Shown here in pieces: positions 31,717 to 32,990 of a DNA stretch of 32,990 nucleotides. Origin of the DNA: Neovahlkampfia damariscottae (Eukaryota). The notes under the pieces were generated by a model, which saw only the letters and a list, made by a program, of their open reading frames with translations, was not told where the DNA came from and ran no database searches. The position numbers were made by a program, and so were the translations under genes. The stretch lies in assembly GCA_016618085.1 (NCBI GenBank), contig JABLTG010000197.1, forward strand, positions 1-32,990, written 5' to 3'. Position 1 is the first letter of the stretch, and each line of letters opens with the position of its first letter.

Positions 31717-32990
31717 ATGAAGATGCATGAAACTAAAAACACAAAGCCATTCACAAAAAAGAAAGCAGATTCGTTTTTGTTGACAAATATTCTATGTTCA
31801 ATCAGGACAAAAACGCTTTTAACAATTTTTTTGATTTTTTTGATTTTTTATGGCATTATTGTCGGAATAATTGTTGGAATTTTTAGTCAAACTTATTTTC
31901 AATATGAAGTTAATGGAATGTAATTTTTTTAATGTTTTTAATGACCCTATCAAAGGAATCAAGCGGCTAGACGTTTAAATCGTGTTATTAAAGATATCTC
32001 TGATGTACACTCCAATTTTTTGGGACAATTTAATGCTATATGGACTGTAAGTTTTGATGCATTCAACAAATATTTGGTCAACTCAAACAAAGCAGATTTA
32101 CTAACGTAAGAAAATTTTATTCACTTTTAAAAATACCCTTTAAAGATACATGAATAATAACTGGGCTGCTGAAGTTTTTGTACAATTTGAAGTTGAATTT
32201 ATTGGCTATTATTGGCTTCATAATAAATCATTAATCATCACCAGAACTCATAATCCACTGAATAATACTCTAGACACAATAGCATATCCTCCAAGTTTAA
32301 CTACACTTCCAAGTTTCAGTGGCATAGATTTTTCATCAACTGCCACAAGAGCTACAGGTTTTTTAGTTGAAAAAGACAGAAATGTCACATATTTAGTCGC
32401 AGCTATTCCAATTCAAGATGATTCATTTAATGGTCCTGTTACAGCTGTTGCTTTAGCAGGAAAAAGGGTTGTTTCCAAAGTGATTGCTGATGTATCTTCA
32501 CGTGCTCAATATTGCACTACCATTTACAGTTCAAATGATCAGAACACTTGGAACCCTGCCAATGCACTGGGAAGAATTAAAAAATCAATAACTCCAAATA
32601 TCACAGAAGATACATGGCAAGATCAAAATATTGGGTTTGTAGAAATCATGAAAACTGATGCTACTACATCATCAGCTTTGGTGGGAAGAAAATGTTGGCA
32701 TGGCACTTCAATTGATAACTCCACTTTAACTGAAGAGAGATTAGCTGGTTTTAATGTTTACAATGACATTCATGGAGAGAAATCAATAATTTTCAGAATT
32801 GATTTAAGTAGAAGTATCAATAATTTGGCTTTGTATTCTATCATTATTGTTCTTTCAATTCTTGCTGCCGTTGGTCTTGGATTTTTCATTTTGATTGGTT
32901 GTTTGTTGGAAACATTGGTTCTTTTTAGGATGACAAGTTTAACATCTCAAATTCGTAAAATCAAAGAATCTGTAGATTTAACCAAGAGAG
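31717..32990 (+). CDS. Membrane sensor, TM-CHASE4-like-TM-HAMP, 3' truncated by the window end
   Basis: SIRTKTL + TM1; extracellular domain with YLVAAIPI...GPV; TM2, then LETLVLFRMTSLTSQIRKI (HAMP start). Two introns (about 31920-31955 and 32106-32145). Confidence 0.7.

Overview
Very AT-rich, gene-dense eukaryotic (protist) nuclear DNA with the standard genetic code. By hand I count about 60 tiny canonical GT-AG introns (about 27-43 nt), so the six-frame ORF track fragments or misses most genes. The gene content and style suggest a heterolobosean/discoban amoeba, which is inference only. Manual splicing gives about 24 host genes, including PGM3, a GH13 alpha-amylase, TRM9, SMN, prefoldin 4, CZIB, a Ras/Rap GTPase, a HIT4 homologue, a rhodanese, F-box proteins and a CHASE4-HAMP sensor cut by the window end. 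The standout is a complete 4,100-bp hAT DNA transposon (1118-5217) with 14-bp TIRs, a perfect 8-bp TSD (TTCTGATA) and palindromic subterminal repeats. Besides a disabled BED/DDE transposase it carries two convergent cargo genes sharing a TTAA stop overlap: a ComEC/Rec2-type metallo-beta-lactamase-fold gene and a SEL1-repeat gene. Also notable: a spliced kinase-F-box-GNAT fusion, a zf-PARP/F-box/XPA-like protein, a signal-peptide rhodanese with a CCC active-site loop, 7- and 10-nt microexons, and a CCAAT box close upstream of most genes. No rRNA, tRNA or CRISPR array was seen. All family calls are by-eye motif recognition, not database searches.
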